Part shown: in pieces, positions 63,227 to 64,000 of the stretch | Position numbering within the stretch: position 1 is the first letter of the stretch | How the letters are laid out: each line of letters starts with the position of its first letter | Origin: Octopus sinensis | Taxonomy: Eukaryota | Direction of reading: 5' to 3' | DNA length: 64,000 nucleotides | Assembly (NCBI RefSeq): GCF_006345805.1 | Contig: NC_043002.1 | Coordinates: 52,762,001 to 52,826,000 of the forward strand | Made by a program: the position numbers and the translations under genes | Notes under the pieces: model-generated | Database searches by the model: none | What the model saw: only the letters and a program-made list of their open reading frames with translations | Told to the model about the DNA's origin: nothing

Positions 63227-63659
63227 CAAATGCGTTTGTGTTCATTCATGTATTCAGAACTATACGAACGAGAGGTGCTTGTAACATTTATATGAATGAA
63301 ATTTCCAAATGTCGTCACACAATACAACCCTAGCGTAGCACTAATCGTTAAAAGAAAACATAGCAAAAAAAAATCCGAACTGAAAAAAAGCGACATAATA
63401 TGGCCGGATGTACTTTCATTTCGAAAGCCGCTCCAATCTTAAACTTGTAAAGACATTTAGTAAATGTGATATGCATCTTTATTATTCAAATAGTAAAAGA
63501 TTATAATAGAAGTATATTTCTTTTATGAATATATTTTGTTTGAATTAACAGAACTTTTGCGTCTACGATCTTTAATCTTCATAAATTGAAGGTTACTGCT
63601 CTTTTATCTCTTTTTCCCTTCATAATTCTCTGCTTTTGTTTTTCCACCATTTTGTCTGC

Positions 63660-63751
<92 letters not shown>

Positions 63752-63842
63752 TTTTCCCTCTCTCTGTCACACACACGCGCGTCGCGCACGCACTCAAGCA
63801 CATACGCATGAATCTATACGTGCTAGCATTCACACACAGCTA

Positions 63843-63959
<117 letters not shown>

Positions 63960-64000
63960 ACACACATATATATACGTTTGTATGTATATATATATAAACA

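Overview
Eukaryotic, very AT-rich, microsatellite-saturated DNA, almost certainly octopus (coleoid cephalopod), judged from its tRNA-derived SINE families and repeat landscape. Nearly all ORFs in the supplied track are microsatellite artefacts. The only host gene I can support is the 3' end of an SLC6 monoamine transporter, most like the serotonin transporter SERT/SLC6A4. It has four + strand coding exons (21172-21271, 24505-24605, 27420-27587, 30280-30357), and the second needs a non-canonical GC donor. The rest is transposon material: two Helitrons, a DD37D (maT) Tc1/mariner relic, three hAT MITEs, R4/Dong LINE 3' ends in (TAA)n, a Penelope-like ORF fragment and many SINEs (nested, multimeric, strand-polarised). 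The most notable unannotated layer is a set of type I hammerhead ribozyme motifs. Three have intact cores (25294-25381 +, 47301-47359 -, 52430-52487 -) and several are decayed. Two of the intact ones sit in long fold-back palindromes, and one of those lies in sense orientation inside a SERT intron. A 100-N gap at 12801-12900 means contiguity across it is unproven. All calls were made by eye; no database search or folding computation was run.
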